64,000 nucleotides of DNA from an uncultured Clostridia bacterium (GCA_945915235.1 CAMEEX010000002.1:6-64005); one strand, 5' to 3'; numbered from the stretch's first letter, positions 55,532 to 64,000 are shown. Made by a program: numbers and translations. The notes: generated by a model from the sequence alone, not told the origin.

Positions 55532-55888
55532 TTAATCATTGCTGTAATTTCTCTTCATCTGCTCATAGAGCATCTGTGCTATGCCGAGTCCCTCTCCGCC
55601 GTTGGACTCACTGGAAAGGCTGGCATATTCCTGAATAAGTGTGTCCTTAAACATGGATACATATGAAGTTGAGGAGCTGCTGTCATCGCTCTCCGGCACC
55701 ATCTTCTCCATGGTCTTAAACACCTGCTCGGTAAAGTATGCCTCGAACTCCTTGCACACCTCCATCATCTCATCGTCTGTAGCCGATGAATAGTCGGAGC
55801 TTAACTTGTCCTTCATCTTATCTGCGGACACGTTACTCTTCGTATATGTATCATAATATGAGCTCACGCCCGATAACAAATCATTCAT
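55532..55888 (-). CDS. Rod-binding FlgJ-like protein (no muramidase domain)
   Basis: CKEFEAYFTEQVFKTMEKM and GGEGLGIAQMLYEQMKR match the FlgJ N-terminal rod-binding pattern. Confidence 0.7.
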   Translation of the reverse strand: MNDLLSGVSSYYDTYTKSNVSADKMKDKLSSDYSSATDDEMMEVCKEFEAYFTEQVFKTMEKMVPESDDSSSSTSYVSMFKDTLIQEYASLSSESNGGEGLGIAQMLYEQMKRNYSND

Positions 55889-55939
55889 AGTGACCTCCCT
55901 TTCTTTCAGCGTAAACGCTAAAACCGGTGTCCGTGCTTA

Positions 55940-56761
55940 TTAACGCTTAAGCTGATTAGCCTGACTGAGCATATCATCAGCCGCCTGAATAGCCTTCGAG
56001 TTCATCTCGTATGCTCTCTGTGCGGAGATGAGGTTTACCATCTCGTCGACCACCTGTACGTTCGAGCCTTCGGTGTAACCCTGAAGCAGCTTACTCGACT
56101 TCATTCTCGGGTTAGTGCCCTCCTCAATCGCAGCTCCTGATGCATCTGTAGCCAGGAAATAGGTTCCCGAGTGATTTTCAAGTCCTGCCGTATTCGGGAA
56201 CTGGTAGAGTCCAATTTTAAAGTTAAGGTCAACTGTCTCATTAGTTGAAGGATCCTGATAGAAGAATCTTCCGTCATCTGCTATGGCGAACTTACTCGTC
56301 TCATAGTCCGATGAGAATATAATAGGAGTTCCGGTACTGTCAAGCACAGGATAACCCTCGCTTGTACAGAGCATTGATGTGTTATCAGATGCCCTTGCAA
56401 TATTGAAGTTACCATTACGGGTATAATATGTCTCACCGTCTAAGCCTCTTGCAGCAAAAAATGCACTTCCGTCGATGGCAAATGCAAAAGTATTAGATGT
56501 CGCAATATAGCTGCCCGGTGTAAACTGCTTAGTAATAGCGCTGGTTCTTACTCCAAGTCCTACCTGTGCCCCTACCGGCTTATTGTCGCCATTGGCTGAT
56601 GTTGTCTCAGCCTGAATGGTCTGATAGAGAAGAGTCTTAAATTCCGCTGTGGTTGTCTTATATCCAATCGTATTTACGTTAGAAAGGTTATTCGCAATAT
56701 TATCTACATTCGTCTGCTGTGCAATCATTCCCGATGCCGCAGTCCATAAAGCTCGTACCAT
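55940..56761 (-). CDS. flgG: Flagellar basal-body rod protein FlgG
   Basis: MVRALWTAASGMIAQQTNVDNIANNLSNVNTIGYK. The C-terminus is EGSNVQVVDEMVNLISAQRAYEMNSKAIQAADDML. Confidence 0.85.
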   Translation of the reverse strand: MVRALWTAASGMIAQQTNVDNIANNLSNVNTIGYKTTTAEFKTLLYQTIQAETTSANGDNKPVGAQVGLGVRTSAITKQFTPGSYIATSNTFAFAIDGSAFFAARGLDGETYYTRNGNFNIARASDNTSMLCTSEGYPVLDSTGTPIIFSSDYETSKFAIADDGRFFYQDPSTNETVDLNFKIGLYQFPNTAGLENHSGTYFLATDASGAAIEEGTNPRMKSSKLLQGYTEGSNVQVVDEMVNLISAQRAYEMNSKAIQAADDMLSQANQLKR

Positions 56762-56808
56762 AATCTGTTTCCTCCATTATAAGATTAATATTCTAAAGCA
56801 CCTCTATT

Positions 56809-57576
56809 TTAAATCTTTCCCAGATTAACTGATTTCTCAAGTGAGGAATCTATAGTCTGGATAGCCTTCTGGTTGCTCTCATAAGCTCTTGATATCGTTA
56901 TCATCTCAACCATCTCGGAGATGACATTGATATTGGACATCTCAAGATAGCCCTCTCTCACCTTATAATTTCCGTCTTTCTCAACCGCACCGTCCACTGC
57001 AGTGTAGAGATTTTCACCAAATTTTCTGAGATAGTTGTAATCCTCAAAATCGGTAATCTGTATCTTGTCAACAAGCTGTTCGTCAGCATACACATTTCCG
57101 AGCTCATCTATTGAAACTTCCGTGCCTGTCGGTATCTGAATACGTCCGCCCTGTCCGAGAAGATAATCTCCGTCCTCCGTCACAAGCATGCCCTCATTGT
57201 TGATGGAAAAGGAACCGTCCCTCGTATACCTTGTCGATGTCACTCCCGACTTCGAGGTGTACTCGATATTGAAAAATCCCGTGCCCTCAAGTGCAAGGTC
57301 AAGCGTATTACCCGTAACCTTAAATGAACCCTGTGTGTAGTCAGTGTAGGTCTCACCTATCTTCACTCCGAGTGACTCCTTGCCTATTCTGCGGTTGATG
57401 TAACCCTCAGAGTCGTCCTTAATCTTCTGTGTATACATGCTGTCAAACGCCTGTGAGGTAGAACCCTCTTTCTTGTAGCCAACCGTCGATGCATTTGCAA
57501 GGTTGTTAGTAATCACATCCAGTCTTGCCTGCTGGTTCATCATTCCCGTATACGCTGTGTAAAGACCTCTTACCAT
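56809..57576 (-). CDS. flgF: Flagellar basal-body rod protein (FlgF/FlhO-like)
   Basis: MVRGLYTAYTGMMNQQARLDVITNNLANASTVGYK. The C-terminus is EMSNINVISEMVEMITISRAYESNQKAIQ. Confidence 0.8.
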   Translation of the reverse strand: MVRGLYTAYTGMMNQQARLDVITNNLANASTVGYKKEGSTSQAFDSMYTQKIKDDSEGYINRRIGKESLGVKIGETYTDYTQGSFKVTGNTLDLALEGTGFFNIEYTSKSGVTSTRYTRDGSFSINNEGMLVTEDGDYLLGQGGRIQIPTGTEVSIDELGNVYADEQLVDKIQITDFEDYNYLRKFGENLYTAVDGAVEKDGNYKVREGYLEMSNINVISEMVEMITISRAYESNQKAIQTIDSSLEKSVNLGKI

Positions 57577-57620
57577 AAGTTCCTCCTAAATATATTTCCA
57601 TCCTGCGTCCGAATACCTGA

Positions 57621-58610
57621 CTAGTCGCGTACCCCGCCTAAGAACTCGATAAACTTACCTGTTCCGATAGCAACTGCCGTCATAGGGTCCTCAGCCGTCA
57701 TTGTGTTAATTCCCGTCTTGGACTCGATAAGCTCCTCAAGTCCCTGAAGAAGACTTCCGCCTCCCGTGAGAACAATTCCTCTGTCTGCAATATCCGCTGC
57801 GAGCTCAGGCGGTGTCTTTTCGAGAACGCTGTGCACTGCCTCAACAATCTGCGCCGTAGCGTCCTTGAGTGCCTCCTCGGTCTCCTCGGAAGTGACTGTC
57901 ACCGTCTTAGGCAGACCTGTGAGAAGATTTCTTCCTCTTACGTCCATGGTCACAACCTCCGGTCTCGGGAACGCGCTTCCTATCTTAATCTTGATATCCT
58001 CGGCTGTTCTCTCACCGATGAGGAGATTATGCTTCTTACGCATATAGCGCACGATGGCATCGTCAAAATCATCTCCTGCAATCTTGATTGACGTGCTGAC
58101 AACCGTACCTCCAAGTGAGATAACTGCTATATCGGTCGTACCGCCGCCTATATCAACTATCATGTTTCCACATGGTCTTGAAATATCAATTCCTGCTCCG
58201 ATGGCTGCCGCGATAGGTTCCTCAATGATGGCAACCTCTCTCGCACCTGCCGAATAGGTAGCGTCCTCAACAGCCTTCTTCTCGACCTCGGTAACACCAC
58301 TAGGAACGCAGACACTTATTCTCGGCTTCTTTAACATCTTCTTGCCGAGCGCCTTCTGTATGAAGTACTTGAGCATCTTCTCAGTCACCGTGTAATCCGA
58401 GATAACACCCTGTCTTAAAGGTCTGACCGCCACGATATTGCCCGGCGTTCTTCCGAGCATCAGTCTGGCTTCCTCTCCTATAGCCTTGATCTTATTCGTA
58501 TCCCTGTCAAAGGCAACTACCGAAGGCTCCTTGAGTACAACGCCCTTACCCCTGATGTAAACAAGTATGCTGGCAGTTCCTAAATCGATTCCAATATCTG
58601 TGGTTATCAT
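57621..58610 (-). CDS. mreB: MreB/Mbl family actin-like rod-shape protein
   Basis: IGIDLGTASILVY...EPSVVAF...DIGGGTTDIAVISLGG...IVLTGGGSLLQGL. ATG 58610 follows GGAGG. The position upstream of the rod genes resembles mbl-flhO-flhP in B. subtilis. Confidence 0.9.
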   Translation of the reverse strand: MITTDIGIDLGTASILVYIRGKGVVLKEPSVVAFDRDTNKIKAIGEEARLMLGRTPGNIVAVRPLRQGVISDYTVTEKMLKYFIQKALGKKMLKKPRISVCVPSGVTEVEKKAVEDATYSAGAREVAIIEEPIAAAIGAGIDISRPCGNMIVDIGGGTTDIAVISLGGTVVSTSIKIAGDDFDDAIVRYMRKKHNLLIGERTAEDIKIKIGSAFPRPEVVTMDVRGRNLLTGLPKTVTVTSEETEEALKDATAQIVEAVHSVLEKTPPELAADIADRGIVLTGGGSLLQGLEELIESKTGINTMTAEDPMTAVAIGTGKFIEFLGGVRD

Positions 58611-58899
58611 AAAATCCTCCATCCATAAATAAAATATCTAAGTTAAGCTTTAAGTTAATAATCAGTCTTAAAAGTCCATATATCAACATTATAAACAAAA
58701 ACTTTTCAATTTAAAAGAGGTATTTGAAAAAAAGAAAAAAAATAATGCTTTTTATATGGTATAATGCTATTATGTAGTGGAAATTAAATTTTTAACGATT
58801 TATAACTGTTCAGAGCCCGGCAAATATCATAACAAGCCGCTCAGAAATGGAGATAGTACTATTTGAGTCACTGTAAAAGCAGTGACATGGAGGATTATT

Positions 58900-60321
58900 A
58901 TGTCAAAAAATACCACTAAAAAGGGTATGCGTATCATAATCGTAGGCTGCGGCAAGGTGGGTATCACCTTGACCGAACAGCTTGCCAAGGAAGGTCACGA
59001 CATAACTTTAATAGATAAAAACGCGCAGAAGCTTCAATCCACGGCGAGCATGTACGATGTCATGGGCGTTGTCGGCAACGGCGCAAGCTACAGCGTGCAG
59101 GAGGAGGCAGGAATAGCCTCCGCCAACCTTATCATAGCCGTAACAGACTCGGACGAGCTGAATCTGCTGTGCTGCACCATTGCCAAGCGTGTCGGCAACT
59201 GTGCCGCCATCGCGAGAGTCCGCACTCCCGATTACAGTCAGGAGGCAGGCTATCTTCGCGAGAGGCTCGGACTTGCCATGATCATCAACCCAGAGCTTGA
59301 GACAGCCAAGGAGGCTGCGAGAATTCTGTACATGCCTACCGCCCTCGAGGTCAACTCCTTCGCACACGGTCAGGCGGAACTCGTCAAATTCAAAATTCCA
59401 AAATGCAACCGTCTCGACGGCATGACCATCGCGGCTCTCGGCAAGGAGATGAATGTACCTTACGTCATCTGCGTTATCGAGCGCGGAGGCTACGTCCACA
59501 TACCTACCGGACGCTTTGTGATGCATGCCGACGACACCATATCCTTCGTCGCCTCACGAAAATCCACCAAGATTTTTCTCGAGCACATCGGTTTTAAGAC
59601 CAATCAGGTCAAGGATACAATGATCATCGGCGGCGGAAGTGCCGCATACTATCTCGCCGACCAGCTTATCCGCTCGGGTATCTCGGTAAAGATCATCGAG
59701 AACAGCCGTGAGCGCTGCGAGGAGCTGAGCATACTCCTGCCAAAGGCGGTCATCATAAACGGCGACGGAACCGACGAGGAGCTTTTAAAGGAGGAGGGCA
59801 TCACGGAGGTTGAGTCGTTCGTGCCGCTCACAGGCATCGACGAGGAGAACATCATGCTGACGCTCCACGCCAAGCAGGTCTCAAACGCCAAGGTAATCAC
59901 CAAGATTAACCGTATCACCTTCAAGAACGTGATAAACAGCCTAGACCTTGGAAGTGTTATCTACCCAAAGTACATTACCTCCGAGGCAATTATCGCCTAC
60001 GTCCGCGCCAAGAACGACTCGTTAGAGTCGACGGACTCAAACGCTGCAGGCAATGCTGCTTCCGACAGCACCATTGAGACTCTCTACCATATGTTCGACC
60101 ACCGCGTTGAAGCTATTGAGTTCCGTGTCACCAAAAGCTCCGCCGTGACGGGCAAACCGCTCGCCGAGCTAAAACTCAAGGACGAGATACTCTTATCCTT
60201 CATCAACCGCAACGGAACGATAATCATTCCAAGTGGTCAGGACTGTATTCTTGAGGGCGATACTGTAATGATTGTCACAACGCATACCGGCTTTACCGAT
60301 ATACAGGATATTTTGCGCTAA
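58900..60321 (+). CDS. trkA: Trk potassium uptake system NAD-binding subunit TrkA (two RCK modules)
   Basis: MRIIIVGCGKVGITLTEQLAKEGHDITLIDKN and a second IIGGGSAAYYLADQLIRSGISVKIIE. ATG 58900 follows GGAGG. Confidence 0.9.
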   Translation: MSKNTTKKGMRIIIVGCGKVGITLTEQLAKEGHDITLIDKNAQKLQSTASMYDVMGVVGNGASYSVQEEAGIASANLIIAVTDSDELNLLCCTIAKRVGNCAAIARVRTPDYSQEAGYLRERLGLAMIINPELETAKEAARILYMPTALEVNSFAHGQAELVKFKIPKCNRLDGMTIAALGKEMNVPYVICVIERGGYVHIPTGRFVMHADDTISFVASRKSTKIFLEHIGFKTNQVKDTMIIGGGSAAYYLADQLIRSGISVKIIENSRERCEELSILLPKAVIINGDGTDEELLKEEGITEVESFVPLTGIDEENIMLTLHAKQVSNAKVITKINRITFKNVINSLDLGSVIYPKYITSEAIIAYVRAKNDSLESTDSNAAGNAASDSTIETLYHMFDHRVEAIEFRVTKSSAVTGKPLAELKLKDEILLSFINRNGTIIIPSGQDCILEGDTVMIVTTHTGFTDIQDILR

Positions 60322-60335
60322 CCCGGAGGCATACT

Positions 60336-61823
60336 ATGAACAAATCAATTATCAGATATATTTTAGGACATGTGCTCCTGCTGACGTCCTGTCTCATGCT
60401 TCTGCCCGCGCTGGTCGGACTCATATATCTTGAGCGCGAAGGAATTGCATATATCATCATGGCAGCAATCTGTCTTATATGTGGCTTTCTGTTTACAAGA
60501 AACAAGCCCGAGAACACAACCCTCTATTTAAAAGAGGGTTGTATAAGTACCTCTCTGGCGTGGATTGTGCTCAGTATTGTAGGCTGTATTCCGTTCTGCA
60601 TAACAGGGGAAATTCCGTCCTTCACGGACGCGCTGTTCGAGACAATATCAGGCTTCACAACGACGGGAGCGAGCATTCTCTCCGACATTGAAGCGCTCTC
60701 GCACTGTTCACTTTTATGGAGAAGCTTCACCCACTGGATCGGCGGCATGGGCGTACTCGTCTTTCTGCTCGCCATCGTACCGCTCAGCGGCGGCTCGAAC
60801 ATCAACCTCATGCGTGCGGAGAGCCCGGGACCTTCCGTCGGCAAGCTCGTCCCTAAGATGAAATACACAGCAAGAATACTCTATATCATATATTTCGGCC
60901 TCACCCTCATACAGTTCATACTTCTTCTTATAGGAAGAATGCCTGTATTTGATGCGGTATGTACGGCATTCGGCACCGCCGGAACCGGAGGCTTCGGCAT
61001 AAAAAACGACAGCATAGCCGGTTATTCCCCGTACATTCAATGGGTGACAACCATATTCATGCTCCTGTTCGGAGTAAACTTTAACGCCTACTATTTTATC
61101 CTGTTCGGAAATGCAAAAAAGGCTTTAAAGATGGAGGAGGTTCGCTGGTACTTCATCGTTGTCATCGTCTCCGCATTGATAATCGCGATCGAGCTGTGCA
61201 AAGCCAGTGTCCCATTCAGCACCGCAGTGCGTGACTCGTCCTTCCAGGTCGCATCAATAATAACGACCACGGGCTTTTCCACAACTGACTTCAACCTCTG
61301 GTCGGGCACGAGCAAGACCATTATCGTCATGCTCATGTTCGTCGGCGCATGTGCCGGCAGCACCGGAGGCGGCATGAAGGTATCCCGTTTCGTGACACTT
61401 TTCAAAACCGTTTTCAAGGAGCTCGACTCCTACATCCACCCAAAGCGCATCCAGAAGCTTGCTCTCGACGGAAAGCCGATTGACCACGACGTCGTCCGCT
61501 CAATCAACGTGTACTTTATAACCTTTACCGTCATATTCGTGGCTTCCCTGTTCCTCGTCTCGCTCGAGGGCAAGGACTTAGTGACCAATTTCACCGCCGT
61601 CGCCGCGACCATCAACAATATCGGTCCCGGCCTCGAACTCGCCGGCCCGACCCAAAACTTCGGCCATTTCAGCATGCTCACCAAATATGTGCTGATGTTC
61701 GACATGCTTGCCGGACGACTTGAGCTATTTCCTCTGCTCATTCTCTTCCACCCTGCTGTGTGGAAGGACCTCCACACAACGCACAGGAACTGGAAGATGA
61801 GAAGGAAGGAGAATGAGGAGTAG
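60336..61823 (+). CDS. trkH: TrkH-family potassium transporter membrane subunit
   Basis: The protein is multi-pass and hydrophobic, with SGFTTTGAS, TAGTGGFG, TTTGFST and CAGSTGGGMKV selectivity-filter-like repeats. Confidence 0.9.
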   Translation: MNKSIIRYILGHVLLLTSCLMLLPALVGLIYLEREGIAYIIMAAICLICGFLFTRNKPENTTLYLKEGCISTSLAWIVLSIVGCIPFCITGEIPSFTDALFETISGFTTTGASILSDIEALSHCSLLWRSFTHWIGGMGVLVFLLAIVPLSGGSNINLMRAESPGPSVGKLVPKMKYTARILYIIYFGLTLIQFILLLIGRMPVFDAVCTAFGTAGTGGFGIKNDSIAGYSPYIQWVTTIFMLLFGVNFNAYYFILFGNAKKALKMEEVRWYFIVVIVSALIIAIELCKASVPFSTAVRDSSFQVASIITTTGFSTTDFNLWSGTSKTIIVMLMFVGACAGSTGGGMKVSRFVTLFKTVFKELDSYIHPKRIQKLALDGKPIDHDVVRSINVYFITFTVIFVASLFLVSLEGKDLVTNFTAVAATINNIGPGLELAGPTQNFGHFSMLTKYVLMFDMLAGRLELFPLLILFHPAVWKDLHTTHRNWKMRRKENEE

Positions 61824-61836
61824 CGGTAAATAAATT

Positions 61837-61943
61837 AAGGACTGCCTACACGGAAAACGCCAGCCTGCGTAATGCTTGATAATGCTTGATTTAAAGCGTT
61901 GTGCAGGGCTTGGCGATTTTCCATAGGGCAGTCCTTATTTTTT
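61837..61943. terminator. Long imperfect hairpin with T-tract (bidirectional terminator candidate) carrying a tandem decamer at its apex
   Basis: AAGGACTGCC (61837-61846) pairs with GGCAGTCCTT (61927-61936), followed by ATTTTTT. Inner arms (GGAAAA/TTTTCC, CGCC/GGCG, AGCC/GGCT) also pair. AATGCTTGAT occurs twice in tandem at 61871-61890. Confidence 0.55.
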
Positions 61944-61958
61944 GATTTTCTATGCTGT

Positions 61959-62222
61959 CTATGTGTGTGCGTTATGTATGTGGAGATACTTCTCGCGCGT
62001 GGCAAGTCCACCGCGGATATGTCTCTCGCTCTTGTTTAGCTCGAGTATCTCGCGCGCCTGCCTTGCAAGCTCGGAATTGATTGCGGGAAGACGCTCGGCG
62101 ACGTCCTTGTGTACGGTGCTCTTGCTTATCCCGTACTGCTTGGCAGCCTGACGCACGGTGCAGTTATTCTCGATAATGTAGGAAGCAATCTCCATCGCCC
62201 TTTCCTCGATATAACTCTTCAA
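61959..62222 (-). CDS. spoIIID: Stage III sporulation protein D (SpoIIID) DNA-binding regulator
   Basis: KSYIEERAMEIASYIIENNCTVRQAAKQYGISKSTVHKDVAERLPAINSELARQAREILELNKSERHIRGGLATREKY aligns along its whole length with B. subtilis SpoIIID as I recall it. TTG start after AAGGGG. Confidence 0.9.
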   Translation of the reverse strand: MKSYIEERAMEIASYIIENNCTVRQAAKQYGISKSTVHKDVAERLPAINSELARQAREILELNKSERHIRGGLATREKYLHIHNAHT

Positions 62223-62249
62223 AAAATACCCCTTAAGAACCTTTTTTAC

Positions 62250-62277
62250 AATGTATGCGGGTATATAAGAATTATTC
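62250..62277 (-). promoter_or_regulatory. SigE-type (mother-cell) promoter of spoIIID
   Basis: Minus strand reads GAATAAT (62277-62271), 13 nt, CATACATT (62257-62250). The SigE consensus as I recall it is kmATAww-N13/14-CATACAhT. Confidence 0.55.
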
Positions 62278-62306
62278 TATTGTCTTTTCATTGGTGTATT
62301 TTTAAT

Positions 62307-63887
62307 TTATGATTTTACATATTCTTCAATTATACATGTATGATGTTTCTTGTCTTTCCCATTATGGTCATAATTAACTCCTACAAGTAAGATTTTATAA
62401 CCATAATCTGTCAATGCGCCATGATATCGGTTCTCTTTTATCTGCTGTATAGCAGTATCAGCTGACTGATTATATTTCAGCTCTACAATCATTGCCGGTC
62501 TATGTCCGGCATTACTCCTCGGAATAAAGGCAAAATCAGCAAAGCCTTTTCCCGCAGGCATTTCGCGAATGATGTTATAATATGCCGGCGCTGTAAAATA
62601 TGCCATGGTGAGGACACAGCTCAATGAATTTTCGTCATTGTATTTAAGGACAGAAGTGTAGGTATCATGGGCAAGTTGAATAAGTTCTGCTACTCTGCTG
62701 CTGTCACCATCTATAGTTGCCATGAGCAGTTCATCGCATTTTCCGACCGACTTTGCAATCTCGCCCCAACTGCCGGTACAAAGCGCCGCCTGATATGCCT
62801 TCTTAACTTCGTAATTAGGTATATAGGCACTGCCTTCTTCTCTGTCATATCCAAGATATCCCAAATGAATTAATGCAGTAATCGCATCGTCTTTGGAGGA
62901 AACAGTAGAGAAGTCATTTTGAAAAGTATCTGTATTTATATATACCTTTCCGCCTGCCAGCATCTTCATTATATCGTCCTTGAGTCCTGCATAATTCATT
63001 GTAATAAATGTATTGATTGATGCAAAAGATGATGTGTTTTTCCAATATGAATCAAAATCATGGTTGTCCATAGCCATGGATACAGAATTAGGATTATACA
63101 TGTGTATACCATCTATCAGATAGCCATTGTACCATGCTTTTACACTTTCAAAATCCATGTTGTACTGTTCACATAAATTCTTTACTTCATCTTCGGTAAA
63201 GCCATAATACTCTGTGATAGGCTTTGACCTAAGCATCGTGTATTCTCTAAAATTGTTAAGCGCCGACTCATCTTTTATCTTCTTGATTGGCAGAATACCG
63301 GTGATATAAGCCAAGGCTAGGAATGATTTCGACTCTTCCGACTTAAATAGTGAATGAAGAAACTGAAGATATCTGTGAATAAGCTCCTCATCGCGGCTAT
63401 TCCTTATCACGCAATCCCATTCATCAATAATGATTACAAACGCCGTATTCGTTTTTCGATATATTTCATATATAAGAAGATATAGTTCTTTTTTATAATT
63501 TAAGGAACTGCTGTATACTTCTCTGAAATCATCACAAAGACGTTCATGAATTGACTCTATCAAGTCGTCTTTATGAAAATCCCAGACAGAAGAGATATCC
63601 AGATGTATAACATTGTATTTATTCATATGCTTTTTATAATCAGCATTAGACGCAATCTTTGTGTTTTCAAAAAGGCTGGTGGAATCACAGCCAAGGCTAT
63701 AATAAGCATCAATCATTCCGGCAGCATGTGATTTGCCAAAACGCCTGGCATGGCTTACGGCAATACACTTTTCCTCTGTAGACAGTCTTCTGTTAAGAAA
63801 TCCCAGCAGCTTGGTCTTATCTATATAAATAAGACTATTTTTTGCCTGCGTAAAGCTCTTGTTGTCAGGATTAAAATATATACCCAT
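62307..63887 (-). CDS. Predicted AAA-ATPase-like N-terminal domain + PD-(D/E)xK nuclease-like C-terminal domain protein
   Basis: The N-terminus is GIYFNPDNKSFTQAKNSLIYIDKTKLL...SHARRFGKSHAAGMI, followed by VIIIDEWD. The C-terminus is GKGFADFAFIPR...MIVELKYNQSADTAIQQIKENRY. This matches the AAA-ATPase_like/PDDEXK_9 architecture common in gut Firmicutes and Bacteroidetes. Confidence 0.7.
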   Translation of the reverse strand: MGIYFNPDNKSFTQAKNSLIYIDKTKLLGFLNRRLSTEEKCIAVSHARRFGKSHAAGMIDAYYSLGCDSTSLFENTKIASNADYKKHMNKYNVIHLDISSVWDFHKDDLIESIHERLCDDFREVYSSSLNYKKELYLLIYEIYRKTNTAFVIIIDEWDCVIRNSRDEELIHRYLQFLHSLFKSEESKSFLALAYITGILPIKKIKDESALNNFREYTMLRSKPITEYYGFTEDEVKNLCEQYNMDFESVKAWYNGYLIDGIHMYNPNSVSMAMDNHDFDSYWKNTSSFASINTFITMNYAGLKDDIMKMLAGGKVYINTDTFQNDFSTVSSKDDAITALIHLGYLGYDREEGSAYIPNYEVKKAYQAALCTGSWGEIAKSVGKCDELLMATIDGDSSRVAELIQLAHDTYTSVLKYNDENSLSCVLTMAYFTAPAYYNIIREMPAGKGFADFAFIPRSNAGHRPAMIVELKYNQSADTAIQQIKENRYHGALTDYGYKILLVGVNYDHNGKDKKHHTCIIEEYVKS

Positions 63888-64000
63888 TGTTATCCCACCT
63901 CCCCAATTCCATTTAGTAACAGTATAGATTTTTTCTTATATTATGTCAAACATCACAAGTACTGGGTTTGTGTCAAGTAAACGTTGGCAATTATTCATTT

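Noticed and set aside
58757-58899. c-di-AMP (ydaO/kimA-type) riboswitch upstream of trkA
   Set aside because: The location is expected for one, but the leader lacks the G-rich conserved cores (ACGGGG/CCCG-type blocks and pseudo-twofold arrangement) that I associate with that riboswitch class. An Infernal scan would be needed to settle this.
59008-61777. Minus-strand ORFs inside trkA and trkH (for example 59008-59526 and 60524-60868, 60714-61040, 61091-61417, 61430-61777)
   Set aside because: They are antisense shadows of well-supported transporter genes, with no motifs or RBS.
61871-61890. Tandem AATGCTTGAT x2 as a CRISPR or VNTR locus
   Set aside because: There are only two 10-nt units with no spacers, and they sit at the apex of a terminator-like hairpin. 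No CRISPR array is present anywhere in the window.
1-64000. Mobile element or prophage borders for the AT-rich island
   Set aside because: No integrase, transposase, recombinase, tRNA gene or direct-repeat att-like pair was found. Only the compositional shift and the 3443-3532 inverted repeat mark the edges.

Overview
The window looks like a low-GC Gram-positive genome, probably Clostridia or Lachnospiraceae. This rests on gene content only (spoIIID, fliW-csrA, Bacillus-type late flagellar gene order); the taxon cannot be proven from the window. Layout: (1) 1-3.4 kb holds three nucleotidyltransferase genes for CDP-alcohol activation, two of them with DNA-binding-like N-termini. (2) 3.5-31.5 kb is a 24-gene, single-strand, tightly packed glycan assembly and tailoring operon with a strongly AT-rich core. 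It encodes 2 TagF-like phosphotransferases, 6 GT2-type enzymes, RgpF-like, WbsX-like, a CE4 deacetylase, an FkbM methyltransferase, an AsnB-like PP-loop enzyme, a radical SAM enzyme, LicD, ATP-grasp, 3 PLP enzymes, GNAT, WecB and an Rpe-like enzyme. (3) 31.8-40.5 kb holds two giant LicD-domain paralogs, a GT4-GT2 fusion and a divergent pair of CgeB-like transferases. (4) 40.6-58.6 kb is the late flagellar cluster: fliC, a FliT-position gene, fliS, fliD, flaG, csrA, fliW, flgL, two flgK, flgN, flgM, yvyF-like, comFC, recD2, a rod-binding FlgJ-like gene, flgG, flgF-like and mreB/mbl. (5) The right end carries trkA-trkH, spoIIID and an AAA-ATPase/PD-(D/E)xK gene. I saw no rRNA, tRNA, CRISPR array, transposase or integrase. 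Main hunt results: (a) One ~90-aa GxGxxG Rossmann-like module is fused to 13 catalytically unrelated enzymes of the glycan operon, and a 14th copy is free-standing. (b) The 37-kb glycan region has teichoic-acid-type phosphodiester chemistry but no lipid-carrier priming, flippase, polymerase or exporter gene, and it abuts fliC. I infer flagellin as the acceptor. (c) A sigma-28-type promoter and an intrinsic terminator bracket a ~135-nt noncoding segment. It carries three hairpins with GGA in the loop, and two of them share the CAUGGA core found in the fliC leader hairpin. This is a candidate CsrA-binding RNA or attenuator sitting at the head of the glycan operon. All functional calls come from motifs read by eye; no database search was possible.
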